In this document: positions 12,466-26,299 of the stretch, one piece after another
Numbering within the stretch: the stretch's first letter is position 1
How the letters are laid out: each line of letters starts with the position of its first letter
Assembly (NCBI RefSeq): GCF_006345805.1
Contig: NC_042999.1
Span: 1,736,001 to 1,800,000, forward strand
DNA: 64,000 nt
Direction: 5' to 3'
Origin: Octopus sinensis
Lineage: Eukaryota
Program-made: the position numbers and the translations under genes
The notes under the pieces: generated by a model
The model's input: the letters and a program-made list of their open reading frames with translations, nothing else
Database searches by the model: none
Told to the model about the DNA's origin: nothing

Positions 12466-12860
12466 CATGTATATATATTGCATATACATTCAATTTGTCA
12501 CCCCATTTGTTTTCTTTATATTTATTTGTTATTTTTACGCAGACACACGCATTTAGACTTTTAGATACATTTTCATCATGTCCATGCTTTTACTAATAAC
12601 ATACGTACATATATAAATATATACACATATACATATATATAAGTATATACATATAAGCGTATATATATACATGTATATATATATATATATATGTTTTCAT
12701 TTGTATATCTATGCTTACATACATACATACATATAAATATATATATATATATATACACGCACATATATATACATATACACATATATATACATACATACAT
12801 AAATATATATATATGTATGCATATATATATATCATCATCGTTTAGCATCCGCTTTCCATG

Positions 12861-12906
<46 letters not shown>

Positions 12907-12950
12907 GATGCATATTTATATATATATATATATGTATACACACACATATT
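12140..12950. repeat. Compound (TA)n/(TATC)n/(TACA)n microsatellite
   Basis: Low-complexity tract; explains the YI-rich ORFs. Confidence 0.95.
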
Positions 12951-13337
12951 CACATAGCTCTGTCTTGTGTATATTTCATATGAGTTGGCTTTTACAGTGA
13001 GCAAATAGAAAGGATCTCTACTCGTATTGAGCAAATAAATGGAAGAACAATCAATAATGATATATATTCTTGTCTTTGCCGTCTGCCATTCTGAGGAGAT
13101 TTACATAAATACATATGTAGACTGGCGAAGGATTTGACTAGCGACAAACATTTCTTTGTAACCAATTGGCAGGGATGGCAAAGAGCAAGTTTGCATGGTT
13201 TATTACATCGAAGTCAGTTGTGTAGCCATGGCAGTGTTTGTAGTTGATTGATTGGATGTTATAAGATTCTGTGGCTGCAGGTTCAATCTTACTGGACAGC
13301 ACTTTGGTCGTGTTTTCTGTTATAATCTCAGGTGTAA

Positions 13338-13755
13338 AAGGCGGTGAGATGGCTGAAACGTTACCACGCCATGCGAAATGCTTAGCGGTATTTCGTCTGC
13401 CACTACGTTCTGAGTTCAAATTCCGCCGAGGTTGACTTTGCCTTTCATCCTTTCAGAGTTGATAAATTAAGTACCAGTTACACACTGGGTCAATATAATC
13501 AACTTAATCCCTTTGTCTGTCCTTGTTCGTCCTCTCTGTGTTTAGCCCCTAGTGGGTAGTAAAGAATTAGGTCTTTCGTCCGCCCCTTTGTTCTGAGTTC
13601 AAATTCCGCTGAGGTCAACTTTGCCTTTCATCCCTTCGAGGTCGATAAATTATGTACCAGTTACGTACTGGGGTCGATATAATCGACTTAATCCGTTTGT
13701 CTGTGTTGTTTGTCCTCTTTGTGTTTAGTCCCTTGTGCATAGTAAAGAAATATAT
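13338..13755 (+). mobile_element. SINE-B: one head plus two tandem bodies
   Basis: GTTCTGAGTTCAAATTCCG at 13407 and 13590 (183-bp period). Confidence 0.8.
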
Positions 13756-14179
13756 AATTTCAGGTGTAAGGCGGCAAGCTGGCAGAATCGTTAGCACCAG
13801 GGACCGATAGAATATGTACTAGGCTTACAAAGAATAAGTCCTGGTGTCGATTTACTCGATTAAAGGTGGTGCTCCAACATGGCCACAGTTAACTGAGTGA
13901 AACAAGTAAAACAGTTACTGTATTTCTGTTGAATTAACTGCTTTTGTTTTAATTGCACCAATAATGAAGAATTTAATTACATAATTTTGGTATTATTAAG
14001 CTGTTGCTTGGAACACAATTCGACAATGAAAGCTGGAGGAAGGTTTTCATTTGAATCACTTTAAAAGATGTTTGTATTAACTGGCATGAACCTTGGTAAC
14101 TGTGTGGTTAATTCACAACATATTCTTCAGAAGACTGACAGGAAATGTGTGTATGTAAAACCAATATCTTAGCTGGGTC

Positions 14180-14562
14180 CAGTGCCCCATGACTGGATCC
14201 TTTGCCGGTAGCACGTAAAAAGCACCATCTGAACATGGTCGATGCCAGGTGCACATAAAAACATCATTCAAGCATGGTCAACGTCAGTGCTGCCTGACTG
14301 GTTCCTGTGCCGGTGGCACGTAAAATGGTACCCTCCGAATGTGGTCGATGCCACGTCCATCTGACTGGCTTCTGTGCCGGTAGTACGTAAAATTTACCCA
14401 CTACACTCTTTGAGTGGTTGGCATTAGGAAGGGCACCCAGCTGTAGAAACATTGCTAGATCAGATTGGAGCCTGGTGCAGCTTCCTGGCTTTCCAAACCT
14501 CAGTCAAACCGTCCAACCCATGCCAGCATAAAAAATGGACGTTAAACGATGATGATGATGAT
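14180..14562 (+). mobile_element. RTE-tail copy
   Basis: Several GTGCCGGTGGCACGTAAAA-type subrepeats, then GGTTGGCATTAGGAAGGGCACCCAGCTGTAGAAAC and a (GAT)n tail. Confidence 0.75.
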
Positions 14563-15011
14563 ATATATAAAGTATATTATATATATGTTGACATATATGC
14601 GTGTGTTTATGTATGTATGTGTTTATGCATGTATGTATGTATAAATCAAAATATACAGTATCATAGATCTATTTCTGCTGATCTTATCCGTTTCTTATTG
14701 GATATTAAACAAACAGTTACTATAAAACATTGGGTGTTATTACTTGATCTTGCTGTTATCTAATTTCGGGTTATTTTATATTCAGTACGAAACCGAGAGA
14801 TAAAACTGGCTGAAGTGGATCTATGATACTGCATACTACATTCTTAGACTACTACACACACACACACATAGTCGAGAAGAATATTAATGGTTATGACATG
14901 CAAACAGTTACATGGTTTCTAATGATTTTGTGCCGACTATTGCGCTTGGCAATATTGATGCATTGTTGAATACCCATATATATATCTGATGCATATATAT
15001 ATTATGTGTTT

Positions 15012-15240
15012 CTTTATTACCCGCAAGTGGCTAAACATAGAAGGACGAACAAGGACAGACAAACGGATTAAGTCAATTACATCGATCCCAATGCGTAAAT
15101 GGTACTTAATTTATCGACCCTGAAAGGATGAAAGGCAAAGTCGACCTCAGCGAAATTTGAACTCAGAAGGTAACAGCAGCCGAAATACGGCTATGCATTT
15201 CGCTCGGCGTGCTAACGTTTCTGCCAGCTCGCTGCCTTTC
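15012..15240 (-). mobile_element. SINE-B
   Basis: Full-length minus-strand match to the other SINE-B copies. Confidence 0.8.
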
Positions 15241-15519
15241 TGATGCAGTCCGATTGAAATGAAATTATACAATAAGTTATAATACATATTCCAGAATGGA
15301 ATGAAGATTTGCTTCCAGATTTCGATGTTGTCCATACCTGAAGTGTCTCAGCTCTGCATGTGTGTGTGCATTTCAGTGCATGCATACAAATCTAACATTC
15401 AGTGATAGAAAAAAATGAGGACGACGACATTGCCAAAACAAATTTCCATTCATAAGAGCATCATTCAAATATTTCTCTTTTGTAGTTCAGGAAAGCATCT
15501 GTTTCATATGACTTGGTTT

Positions 15520-17347
15520 TCAAATGGTTTCCCTTTCTGCAAAGCAAAGATTGCAACATTCGATTCCTGACAGCAAGGTTTTCTGGAAATATGTGCACTC
15601 AAAGCAGAGACCTCACTCTCCAGTGGGCCCTCTTCGCAACCCTCACACAAACCAGATCACTGACGACCCCAAGGAATGCGCAGAACTCATTGCCGAGTGC
15701 TATGCAAACATATTCACTGTTGAAAGTCAAAATGTTACCATCTTCACCATCACTAACAGCAAACTCCATAACAACTATGGAATTTACACCTGCAATGCTG
15801 CGACGTCACCTTCAAAATAAGCGCAACTATGCCTCCCCTGGTCTCGATGGAGTAACATACCTGCTTCTCAAACGTGGCAGGCACTTCCTTTTACACCAGC
15901 TTTCTATTTTCTTCCAGTACTGTCTCAACAATGGTGCTACTCCGGAGCAGTGGAACACTGCCAGTGTCATTCCTCTGTTCAAAAAGGGCGACCCGCACAT
16001 CACCTGTCAACTATCGCCAGTCAGTCTCACTAGCTGTATTGCTAAACTGATGGAATCGTGTGTCAGAAAAACACTCTGGAACTTCTGGAGCTCTCACAGT
16101 CTCCATCCGAACCCTCACAATATGGATTTGTCCCTAACTCCAGCTGCAGTGACCAGCTTGTCGAGTTCCTTGAGGACATTACTCAGATTACTGACAGTGA
16201 CTCATGGGTGGATGTTGTCTACCTTGACTTTGCTAAGGCTTTCAACTCTGTGCCACACAAAAGGCTTATGGTGAAACTCTCTGCAATGGGTGTGGGGGAT
16301 GACCTTTTTACTGGTTGAAATCCTTCATCCTCAGCCGAAAGGAGGTAGTCACAGTTCTAGGACAGCACTCTACACCATATGAGATGTCATCGGTGTACCA
16401 CAGGGATCTGTCCTTGGCCCCCTCTTGTTTGTGGCATACATTAACGACATAGATGCCAATTAAAGAATGCCACAGTATTGAAATATGCAGACGACATCAA
16501 GCTGTACCTTGAAATCAAGAGGACAGATCCTGATGTCTACAACTCTTTCCTGCAATCAGACCTAGACACAATGCAGCAATGGATCACAGACTGGCAACTG
16601 AAACTGGCTGTGGACAAGTGTACCACCATGCATTTTGGGAGAAAAACCCTGCGTCCACATACTCTCCCGCCACAACACTGATATCAAGAAATCCTCTTGC
16701 GAGCGTGACCTAGGCATCACTGTCCAGCAGTGATTTGCGTTGGACAAGCATATCTCTAAAATTGTCAAGAAGGCCGAGGGTGTCTTGGCATCACTCAGCA
16801 GGTCTTTTGTTAGCCGCTCTCCAGCCATCTATTTAAAACTGTATACAGCTATGGTACGACCACACTTGGAATTCGCATCATCAGTTTGGAACCCCTATCT
16901 TGCACAGAACATTGACCTCCTGGAATCTGTCCAGAGACGTGCAACCAAACGCATACCCTCCATCAGACACCTACCATATTCTGAGCACCTTGTTTCCCTG
17001 GGCATGGATTCACTGAAGCTCCGGCGTTTGGCGACGGACTTGGTAAACACCCACAAAGTTATCAACCACCTCACCAACACAACACTGAACACCTTTTTGA
17101 TCTCCATGTGTCTACACACGTGGACATGCCTACAAAGTCAGAAAACAACACAGCTCCCATGACTTTCGGAAACATTTTTTTCACGCTCAGAGTTGCGAAG
17201 CGTGGAATAAACTGCCTGCGTCAGTTGTTGACTGCCATGACACTGCATCCTTTAAGGCTCTCATGCTTTCCGAAATCCGCCGAAACTACACCTGATTATA
17301 CATACATTTTAGATGAGTTGTAGTGCACCTGAGCACTGTACACAATG

Positions 17348-17381
<34 letters not shown>
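15520..17381 (+). mobile_element. 5'-truncated, frameshifted CR1-clade LINE (RT pseudogene)
   Basis: Motifs KVFWKYVHSK, SPGLDG, VIPLFKKGD, VSLTSCIAKLME, LDFAKAFNSVPH, GVPQGSVLGPLLF, KYADD (YADD 16484-16495) and VRPHLEFASSVWNPY...LESVQRRATK. 3' stem-loop AGTGC-acctga-GCACT (17322-17337) and (TAT)n tail. Confidence 0.92.
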
Positions 17382-17382
<1 letters not shown>

Positions 17383-18027
17383 ATGGAATTTGATTCCAGA
17401 TATGGTCCAGATAATTTCAGCAGTTTTCAGTTGATTTTTCTCTTTTAATTGCCATATACAACTTGCTAATTGCATAACATAGCAACTCTCTTGCATCCTA
17501 AAAGATCTGTGCTTATTTAGCCTGTCCTTAAAGGACTTCTCTGTTGCCTCAGACAGCTTTACTCTGTGTGTGTGCACGTACATGTGTGTGTGTGTTTGTG
17601 TGTGTGAATATGATTGCATTGGATAAACACTTTAAACTTTAATAAGTTGAACAACAATGAAACCTGGTGCCAGAAATCATAGCTATAAACTATGATTTCT
17701 GCAAAACCTCTTTTGACTTCTACAATTACTAAAATTTATTCAGTAAACATTTTCAGATGAATACTTTTTTTATTACAAAAACTTTTCAGTGATATGAGAT
17801 TCTCTCTCTTTTTTTGTTAGTTTGTGTAAAACACACTTTGTGAAAACATACAGTTATATTTTTACAATAAGAGTTACATGAAAACATATTTTTGTACTTT
17901 TATTTACTTGTACATATAGATATATATAATAAAATATTTTTGCCTCCTATGTGAAAAAACAAAACTTTTTGTATATTCTTATACCTATAACGATATTTTT
18001 TCAACTATTTATATATATATATATATT

Positions 18028-18330
18028 TGTGGAGGCGCAATGGCTCAGTGGTTAGGGCAGCGGACTCACGATCGTAGGATCACGATTTTGATTCTCAAAC
18101 CGAGCATTGTGTTTATTGATTTAAAACACCTAAATCTCCACGAGGCTCCAGCAGGGGGTGCTGGTGATCTCTGCTGTACTCTTTCATCACAACTTTCACT
18201 CTTTCTTCTGTTGGCCTGCTCGCTTAGCCAGTGGGGTGGCATCATTCGAAGGCTAAAACAATACGAAGCGCATTGTGACCAGTGATGTGTAGCAACATCT
18301 GATGGCCTGGTCGGTCACGTCTCACGTGAT
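18028..18330 (+). mobile_element. SINE-D (tRNA-headed), tail type 1
   Basis: TGTGGAGGCGCAATGGCTCAGTGGTTAGGGCAGCGGACTC head and ACACCTAAA..CCACGAGGCTCC core. Tail shared with 20495-20605. Confidence 0.75.
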
Positions 18331-18595
18331 ATATATATGTATGTATGTATACATGGTGGTTGTCTACTCTTCATGCAGAGTTTGACAACCTCCTGTAGCT
18401 ACATCTTAGCACCATCATGGCAGCTGATGTGGCTTTATAAACCAGACAATGTTTTGAAAAGACACCCAAATAGTTTGCATATCTGATTTGGATCATCAAG
18501 AGTTGCAGTTAAGTTCTTCTCATCTTTTTAGGCCTCTGCTGGATTTGCAAACCTTCGGGCACACACACACACACACACATATACACATATTTATA

Positions 18596-18800
18596 GGACG
18601 CCATGATAGATCGTTAGCTCCTACATGCATTTTTTTCTCTCCTTTTTTCTCTCCCCTTGCTTTTTCTGTGTATCTTTCTGTCGAAGAGCGTAGGCTCGAA
18701 ATGTAAAAGACCTTTTCTTTTCCTGAGTGCTATACTAATACATTTGTTTGTTTGTACTCCACCTGCCTTCGTCTTTTGTTTATTTTTGTAAACTTTCCCT
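18596..18800 (+). mobile_element. HH family 3 copy (Penelope pLTR-like, ~205 bp)
   Basis: Three homologous copies in the window, each in or next to TA-rich repeats. Confidence 0.65.
18673..18710 (+). ncRNA. Hammerhead-like fold with variant core (CUGUCGA)
   Basis: TCTTT-CTGTCGA-A-GAGC-GTAG-GCTC-GAAA-TG-TA-AAAGA gives stem I TCTTT/AAAGA, a 4-bp stem II, GAAA and a GUA site. Core position 6 is U instead of A. Confidence 0.45.
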
Positions 18801-18854
18801 TTATATATAAATGTATATATATACATAATATATATGCATATGTATTATATATAA

Positions 18855-19079
18855 CAGGGGTGGGCGAACTTTTTTGATCGCGGGCCGCACAGTGCGTCTT
18901 TGGAACCTTGGCGGGCCTCATTTATAAAAATCAAGTGAAAATATTTTTAAAGGCGGTTATAGACCTATAAACACACAATTGATTGAAAGGAAATTTTGTG
19001 AAATATTCCTCTCAGCGGGCCGCATGTAAACCTATGGCGGGCCGCATGCGGCCCGCGGGCCGTAGTTTGCCCACCCCTG
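18855..19079. mobile_element. hAT-type MITE (225 bp)
   Basis: TIRs CAGGGGTGGGCGAAC / GTTTGCCCACCCCTG. Perfect 8-bp TSD ATATATAA (18847-18854, 19080-19087). Internal GCGGGCCGC subterminal repeats. Confidence 0.9.
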
Positions 19080-19260
19080 ATATATAACATATATACATAT
19101 ATATTATATGAATATTATGTATATTTATAAAATATATATGTGTACATGTATTTATTTATATTGAGGGCAATACTATACATAAATGCCACATGCTAGGAGG
19201 GACTCTTAAAGTCAAAACTACCAAAATAAACACGTACATGTATATGTGTTTTATAAATAT

Positions 19261-19301
<41 letters not shown>

Positions 19302-19384
19302 CATATACAGAAGAATGATCTAGTTTCATCTGAAGACACTAGTGGCCTTACTTTAAGTCCTCACTTGTACAAGTTTTTGAAGTA

Positions 19385-19860
19385 AAAGAGAGAGGAAAAA
19401 GAAAGAAAGAAAGAAAGAAAGAGAAAGAAAGAAAGAAGGAAGGAAGAAGAAAGAAAAAAGATGGAAGAATGAAAGAAAGAAAGAAGGAAAGAAGAAAGAA
19501 AGAAGGAAAGAAAGAAGAAAGAAAGCAATAAAGAAAGAAAGAAAGAAAGAAAGAAGAAAGAAAGAAAGAGAAGATGGAAGGAATGATGAATGAAAGAAAG
19601 AAAGAGAATAAGAAAGAAAGAAAGAAAGAAGAAAGGAAAGAAAGAAAGAAAGAAAGAAGGAAGGAAGAAGGAAAGAAATAAAGAAATAATAAAGAAAAAA
19701 GAAAGAAGGAAAGAAAGAAGAAAGAAGAAAGAAAGAAAGAAAGAAAAAAGAAGAAAGAAGGAGAAGAAAGAAAGACAGAAATAAATAAATAAATAATAAA
19801 GAAAAAAGAAAGAAAGAAAGAAAGAAAGAAAGAAGGAAGGAAGAAGAAAGAAAGAAAGAG
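19385..19860. repeat. (AAAG)n/(GAA)n purine microsatellite
   Basis: Low-complexity tract; source of the F/S/L-rich ORFs. Confidence 0.95.
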
Positions 19861-20949
19861 TGAGAGGTGGAAAAGAGAGTGACTGTGAATTTCATTACAT
19901 ATATATATCTGCTCACCTACCAATTCTTTACATATTTCACCATTGGCATGAAATCTACAGATCATAACTACAGCAACACCTGTGACTACAGCTAAAAGTG
20001 TTATTATATGATAACGCACAAAACACAGTATTCAATTGAAACTGACAGAACTTCCAATATATCAAATTTAGACAATGTGTTATTTATATAATACAAATGT
20101 AATTTTATTTCTACCTGGTCTTCAGTCTTCAGCTGATAATAAATTTTTGTCATTTATGCAAGATATTTTAACAGGAATTTGGTAATTTATTTACCAAATC
20201 TGGGTACCTATTATATGTAGTAAATATCAGCTTCTATTTCGTATTGCTTAGATTCATCATCATCGTCATAGATTTAACGTCTGCTTTTCCATGCTTGCAT
20301 GGGTTGGAGGGGAGTTTGTTGTGTTGCATATTTCACAACCAGATGCTCTTCCTGTTACCAACCCTTAGCTGTTCCTATGTAAAGTGATATTTCTCCATGG
20401 TTTGACATAAGTTGGTGGATGATTAGAAAAGAGGGATACTGCTTGTATGACAGTGAGATTCGTTTACAAGGTCAACTTTGCCTTTCATACTTTCGCCACA
20501 ACTTTCTCTCACTCTTTCTTCTGTTGGCCTGCTCACTTAGCCAGCGGGGTGGCGTCATTTGAAGGCTAAAACAATGCGAAGAGCATTGTGATCAGCGATC
20601 TGTACTGGGGTTAATCTAATTGACAGGGCCCCTCCCCCAAAATTTCAGGCCTTCTGCCTAGACTACAAAAGAATATATTATCTTGCTGATGATGTGATTC
20701 CTGGTGATCAAGGTCAAACATCGTAATGTGTTTGCTGATTCTGTTTGACCCAGGATCGTTGAGGACCATCTCTGTCTTCCAATAGAATTGGCCATTTATG
20801 TAGTGTGGTTTCAGAACAAGTATACAGTATCTCTGCATATTGTTAGATGTACAGCTCAAATGGTTGGCACCCACAAGGACATCTGCTCATAAAACTATTG
20901 CTGTGGGGAAAATGTTCCATACGACTCATACAAAAATGGAAAAACAAAT

Positions 20950-21470
20950 GTGATGATGATGATGATTGCTATGGAGATTATGATGATGATGGCGATAATG
21001 ATGATGATGATGATGATGATGATGATGGTGATGATAATGGTGATAATGATGATCCTGGTGATGATGACGGTGATGATGATGATAATGTAATGATGTTGAT
21101 GTTGATGATGATGATTATTATTATTGTGATGATGATGATGATGATGATGATGGTGATGATAATGATGATGATAATGATGATGATGACGATGATGATGATG
21201 ACGATGACAATGATGATGATGATGGGGATTGCAGTGATGGCGATACTGGAGCTAGCGAGGGTGGTAGTTGTGACAGTGGTGATAGTGGTGGTGGTAGTGA
21301 CAGTGATGTTGACAATAGTAATGATGATGATGATGATGAGGAGGAGGAGGAGAGGATAACGGGGACGACAGTGACGATGTCGATGACATTGATGCTGCTG
21401 CTGCTGCTGCTACAGATGATGATGATGGCGATAGCGAAGAAGATTATGAGGATGATAAAGATGATGAAAT
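20950..21470. repeat. (GAT)n-type trinucleotide tract
   Basis: Imperfect GAT/GGT/GAG repeats. Confidence 0.9.
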
Positions 21471-21914
21471 CTGATTTGACATTTAATTAGTTGTATCTTG
21501 CTAATCATTATTTTATTTTGCTCTGAATCATATTATTTTTTAATAACATTATTTTAAGCTTATTATCATTAACATTATTATTATTACTAACATTATTTTA
21601 TAATTAATCACAAAAAAAAACATGCTTAGTTTTTAAATTATTTTTTATAACTCTAAGTGCTAAAATTAATTAACTTAGTTGTGATATATATTTCAATTAT
21701 TGGAATTAATTACTGTTATTTACCCTCTGGTCATAATTAATTAAGCAGACCTGTAACGGTCAAAGGTATTCCAGCCATGACCATCCCATATACGATCTCT
21801 GCCTGCACAATGTTGTCCGTACAACTGGACGCAGGTAATTTAAGTGCAGACATTTATTTTAACTTTCATCTTTTTGCTTGTTAACATCATTATCATCATC
21901 ATCATCATCATCAT

Positions 21915-22430
21915 CATCATAATTATTATCATCATCATCATCTTTTAGCATCCATTGTCCATACTGGCATAGGCTGGACGGTTTGACTGGGTGGGCATGC
22001 TGGAAAGCTGCACCAGACTCTAGTCTGAATTGGCATGGTTTTCTACAGCTGGATGCCCTTCCCAACGCCAACCACTCTGAGAGTGTAATGGTTGCTGTTA
22101 CGTGCCACCGGCATGGGTGCCATTTGCATTACTGTACATCTTGGAACCAGTATTATTAGAGACATCATCACCGTTTAACGTCTGCTTTCCATGCTAGCAT
22201 GGGTTGGACGATTTGACTGAGGACTGGCAAACCAGATGGCTGCACCAGACTCCAATCTGATCTGGGAGAGTTTCTACAGCTGGATGCCCTTCCTAACGCC
22301 AACCACTCCGAGAGTGTAGTGGGTGCTTTTACGAGCCTCTGGCACAAGGGCCAATCAGGCGGTACTGGCAACGGCCATGCTCAACTGGTGCTGTTTATGT
22401 GCCACCTGCACAGGAGCCAGTCCAGCGGCA
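21915..22430 (-). mobile_element. Two adjacent RTE-tail copies (about 21915-22130 and 22163-22430)
   Basis: Both carry GTTTCTACAGCTGGATGCCCTTCC.AACGCCAACCACT and (CAT)n-type ends. Confidence 0.75.
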
Positions 22431-22734
22431 AAAGCTAAGAACCAGGACAGACACTGCACGACATCTTAGCATCTCATCTCTAACATTTTTACCAATCCAC
22501 CAAACTAACTGGATGGGTTGTTTTATCAATTCTCGAATTGAACAAAACAGGAGTTGAACTCAAACTGCAGAAAGTTGAAGTGAATGTCACAATGCCTTGT
22601 GTCAGACATTAAATAATCTCGTCAGTTCATTGCCTTTGCGTATATCAAGGATTATATTGTCTAATGTGGATTTTATTTCTCTGAGATGGTAGGTTAGGAT
22701 TTAAAAGGGTGAAAGGGGTTACTCAATGGTGACA

Positions 22735-22735
22735 G

Positions 22736-22777
<42 letters not shown>

Positions 22778-23032
22778 CAATGATGATGATGGTGGTGGTG
22801 GTGGTGATGATGACGACAATGATGATGATGATGATGATGATGATGACAATGATGATGATGGTGGTGGTGGTGGTGGTGGTGGTGGTGGTGGTGATGATGA
22901 CAATGATGATGATGATGATGATGACAATGATGATGATGGTGGTGGTGGTGGTGATGATGACGACAATGACGATGTTGATGATGATGACAATGATGATGGT
23001 GGTGGTGGTAGTGGTGATGATGACGACAATGA

Positions 23033-23066
<34 letters not shown>

Positions 23067-23083
23067 GGTGATGATGACGACAG

Positions 23084-23123
<40 letters not shown>
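22735..23123. repeat. (GAT)/(GGT) compound microsatellite
   Basis: Alternating GAT and GGT blocks. Confidence 0.9.
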
Positions 23124-23124
<1 letters not shown>

Positions 23125-23269
23125 TTCGAGCCACTGGATTCTGTCAAACCATAAACTCATGCCAGCATGAAAAATGGTTAGTAAATGAAGATGATGATGG
23201 CAACAACAGCATAGACATAGAACTAAACATACATACATACATACATACATACATACATACATACATACA

Positions 23270-23305
<36 letters not shown>

Positions 23306-24168
23306 TACATACAAACACACATATATATACATATACATGTAGGCATGCATACATAATACGTATAATACATACATAAGTCCATAATTACATACATGCACAA
23401 ACGCTTGTATCTATACACACATCATTCATAGAGGCAGACATACATGCGTATACAAATATACATACATATACACATGCATAAACACACATAAATACACATC
23501 TACGTATGTGCATACATACACGCATTAATACATATATACATAAATACATTATGGCTGCCCCCTCGTTATCGAGTATGGCCATTGCACGAAGCTTAACTGA
23601 GATCGAATGTGACTTTTTAGCCCAGCTAAAGATCTACAATGTCTTGTACAGAATTGGCAACTAATACCTTTACCGATGCATAAATACATACATACATACA
23701 TACACACAAATGTATATACATACGTACAGGCATAAACACAAGCAGATGGTTGTTTATAACATCACAATTGGAATCTGTCCCTTGCCATTCCTGCCCAACG
23801 GCTTAAACCTATGTTCCCTAACAAGCTGTATTAAAATCGAGCAAAACAAGGTTGCTCAATGAGATGTCACTTATAGCATCACTTGACAAGATGCTTTCTG
23901 ATGAAGAGATGCACCACAACCAGTTGTGCAATATACCACCTGCCTGGAATCGATGAAGGATAGGTCGAAACGATTGTTGTGAGCAATGAAGTTTCTAGTA
24001 CATTCCATTTTCCAGCTCTATCGTTTGATATATCCATGCATACATACGTGATGGTGATAGTAGAGCTAGTGAGGATGGTAGTTGTGGTGTGGTGGTGATA
24101 GTGGTGATGACGATGATAGTGGTAGTTGGTGGTGGTGGTGGTGGTGGTGGTGGTGATGATGACGACAG

Positions 24169-24204
<36 letters not shown>

Positions 24205-24348
24205 GTTCGAGCCACTGGATTCTGTCAAACCATAAACTCATGCCAGCATGAAAAATGGTTAGTAATGAAGATGATGATGGCAACAACAGCATAGACATAG
24301 AACTAAACATACATACATACATACATACATACATACAACATACATACA

Positions 24349-24384
<36 letters not shown>

Positions 24385-25240
24385 TACATACAAACACACA
24401 TATATATACATATACATGTAGGCATGCATACATAATACGTATAATACATACATAAGTCCATAATTACATACATGCACAACGCTTGTATCTATACACACAT
24501 CATTCATAGAGGCAGACATACATGCGTATACAAATATACATACATATACACATGCATAAACACACATAAATACACATCTACGTATGTGCATACATACACG
24601 CATTAATACATATATACATAAATACATTATGGCTGCCCCCTCGTTATCGAGTATGGCCATTGCACGAAGCTTAACTGAGATCGAATGTGACTTTTTAGCC
24701 CAGCTAAAGATCTACAATGTCTTGTACAGAATTGGCAACTAATACCTTTACCGATGCATAAATACATACATACATACATACACACAAATGTATATACATA
24801 CGTACAGGCATAAACACAAGCAGATGGTTGTTTATAACATCACAATTGGAATCTGTCCCTTGCCATTCCTGCCCAACGGCTTAAACCTATGTTCCCTAAC
24901 AAGCTGTATTAAAATCGAGCAAAACAAGGTTGCTCAATGAGATGTCACTTATAGCATCACTTGACAAGATGCTTTCTGATGAAGAGATGCACCACAACCA
25001 GTTGTGCAATATACCACCTGCCTGGAATCGATGAAGGATAGGTCGAAACGATTGTTGTGAGCAATGAAGTTTCTAGTACATTCCATTTTCCAGCTCTATC
25101 GTTTGATATATCCATGCATACATACGTGATGGTGATAGTAGAGCTAGTGAGGATGGTAGTTGTGGTGGTGGTGGTGATAGTGGTGATGACGATGATAGTG
25201 GTAGTTGGTGGTGGTGGTGGTGGTGGTGGTGGTGGTGGTG
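23124..25240. repeat. Tandem duplication of a ~1081-bp unit (2 copies)
   Basis: GTTCGAGCCACTGGATTCTG at 23124 and 24205. Non-repetitive interiors are near-identical, differing mainly by single-base indels and microsatellite length. Confidence 0.9.
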
Positions 25241-25428
25241 GTAGTGACGGTGTTGATAAGAGTAACGATGAGGAGGGGGAGGACTACATACCTATGTACA
25301 TACATACTTATACATTTATACACACATACATATATAAATGTGTATGTACATACATACATGTATAAATACGTATATACATATATGCCTACATACATCTACA
25401 CAGACACACACACACATATGACCTTTAG

Positions 25429-25807
25429 TCTCTTGAAAAACGCCGCCGCCGTGGTGATCTCATTCTCGCCCACAACATCATAAGCGGAAAGTGTAACCTC
25501 TCGGAAGAGCTGTTCTTCACTCCTGCTCCAGAGTGTCGGCTGCGGAGTCATTCCGAAAAGCTCTACCTGCGACGATTTCATCTCAATCGAAAGAGAGGAG
25601 CTTTCTCCATCCAGGTTGCAGATCCGTGGAACAAGCTGCCAGACGAGATGGTGAAGATGCCGACGACCGCTTTGTTCAAAGCCTCCCTTGACCTCAAGTG
25701 GCCTGAACTCTTTACATGAACACCACCCTGTACTTAACTCCATGTCCCCCTACATGGCCTTGCTATTTGCTTTTGAGCCAAATTAACTAACTAACTAACT
25801 AACTAAC
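25429..25807 (+). mobile_element. CR1-type LINE 3' end with (CTAA)n tail
   Basis: 25429-25719 translates as SLEKRRRRGDLILAHNII...LRSHSEKL...RGAFSIQVADPWNKLPDEMV...FKASLD..PELFT*. 3'UTR hairpin CCATGT-ccccct-ACATGG (25740-25757). Tail AACTAACTAAC. Confidence 0.85.
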
Positions 25808-26299
25808 ATATATATAAACACATACATACATATATACATTGATGCATACACATACACATATACATACATATATACATACATCCATGCATACGTGCACACA
25901 TACATACATACAAACATACACACACACATAAATGCATACATACATACATTTATGCATGCATGTATACATACACCACCAAATACATACATACATTCTTACT
26001 TACCTGTGTACATACATATTTATGCATACATACATACATACATACATACATACATACATGCATACATACATACATACATACAGACAGACATACAGACAGA
26101 CAGGCAGACACTGACAGTTGGATCATTGGCTTGCTGGCTGGTTTGCTGGCTGGTTGGTTCATTGGCAGAACATAAAAGTGGAAACAAAACTTAAAAGTTG
26201 TTATTTCTGAGTTGGTGTCACCAACAAATACAAAACACAATAAACAAACACTCACAAATAAAAAAAAACAAACATACAAAACAAATAAAAAAAACAAAC

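Noticed and set aside
19910-20019. Minus-strand hydrophobic ORF start ([18 protein letters not shown]...) with a nearby GTGAG donor
   Set aside because: Non-ATG start in the track, unrecognised peptide, and the rest of the ORF is an (AAAG)n translation. Insufficient support.
23947-23976. Hammerhead-like TCGATGA-A-GGATAGGTC-GAAACGATT in the duplicated unit (also near 25028)
   Set aside because: Stem II is weak, there is no NUH after stem III and no stem I. At best a heavily decayed relic.
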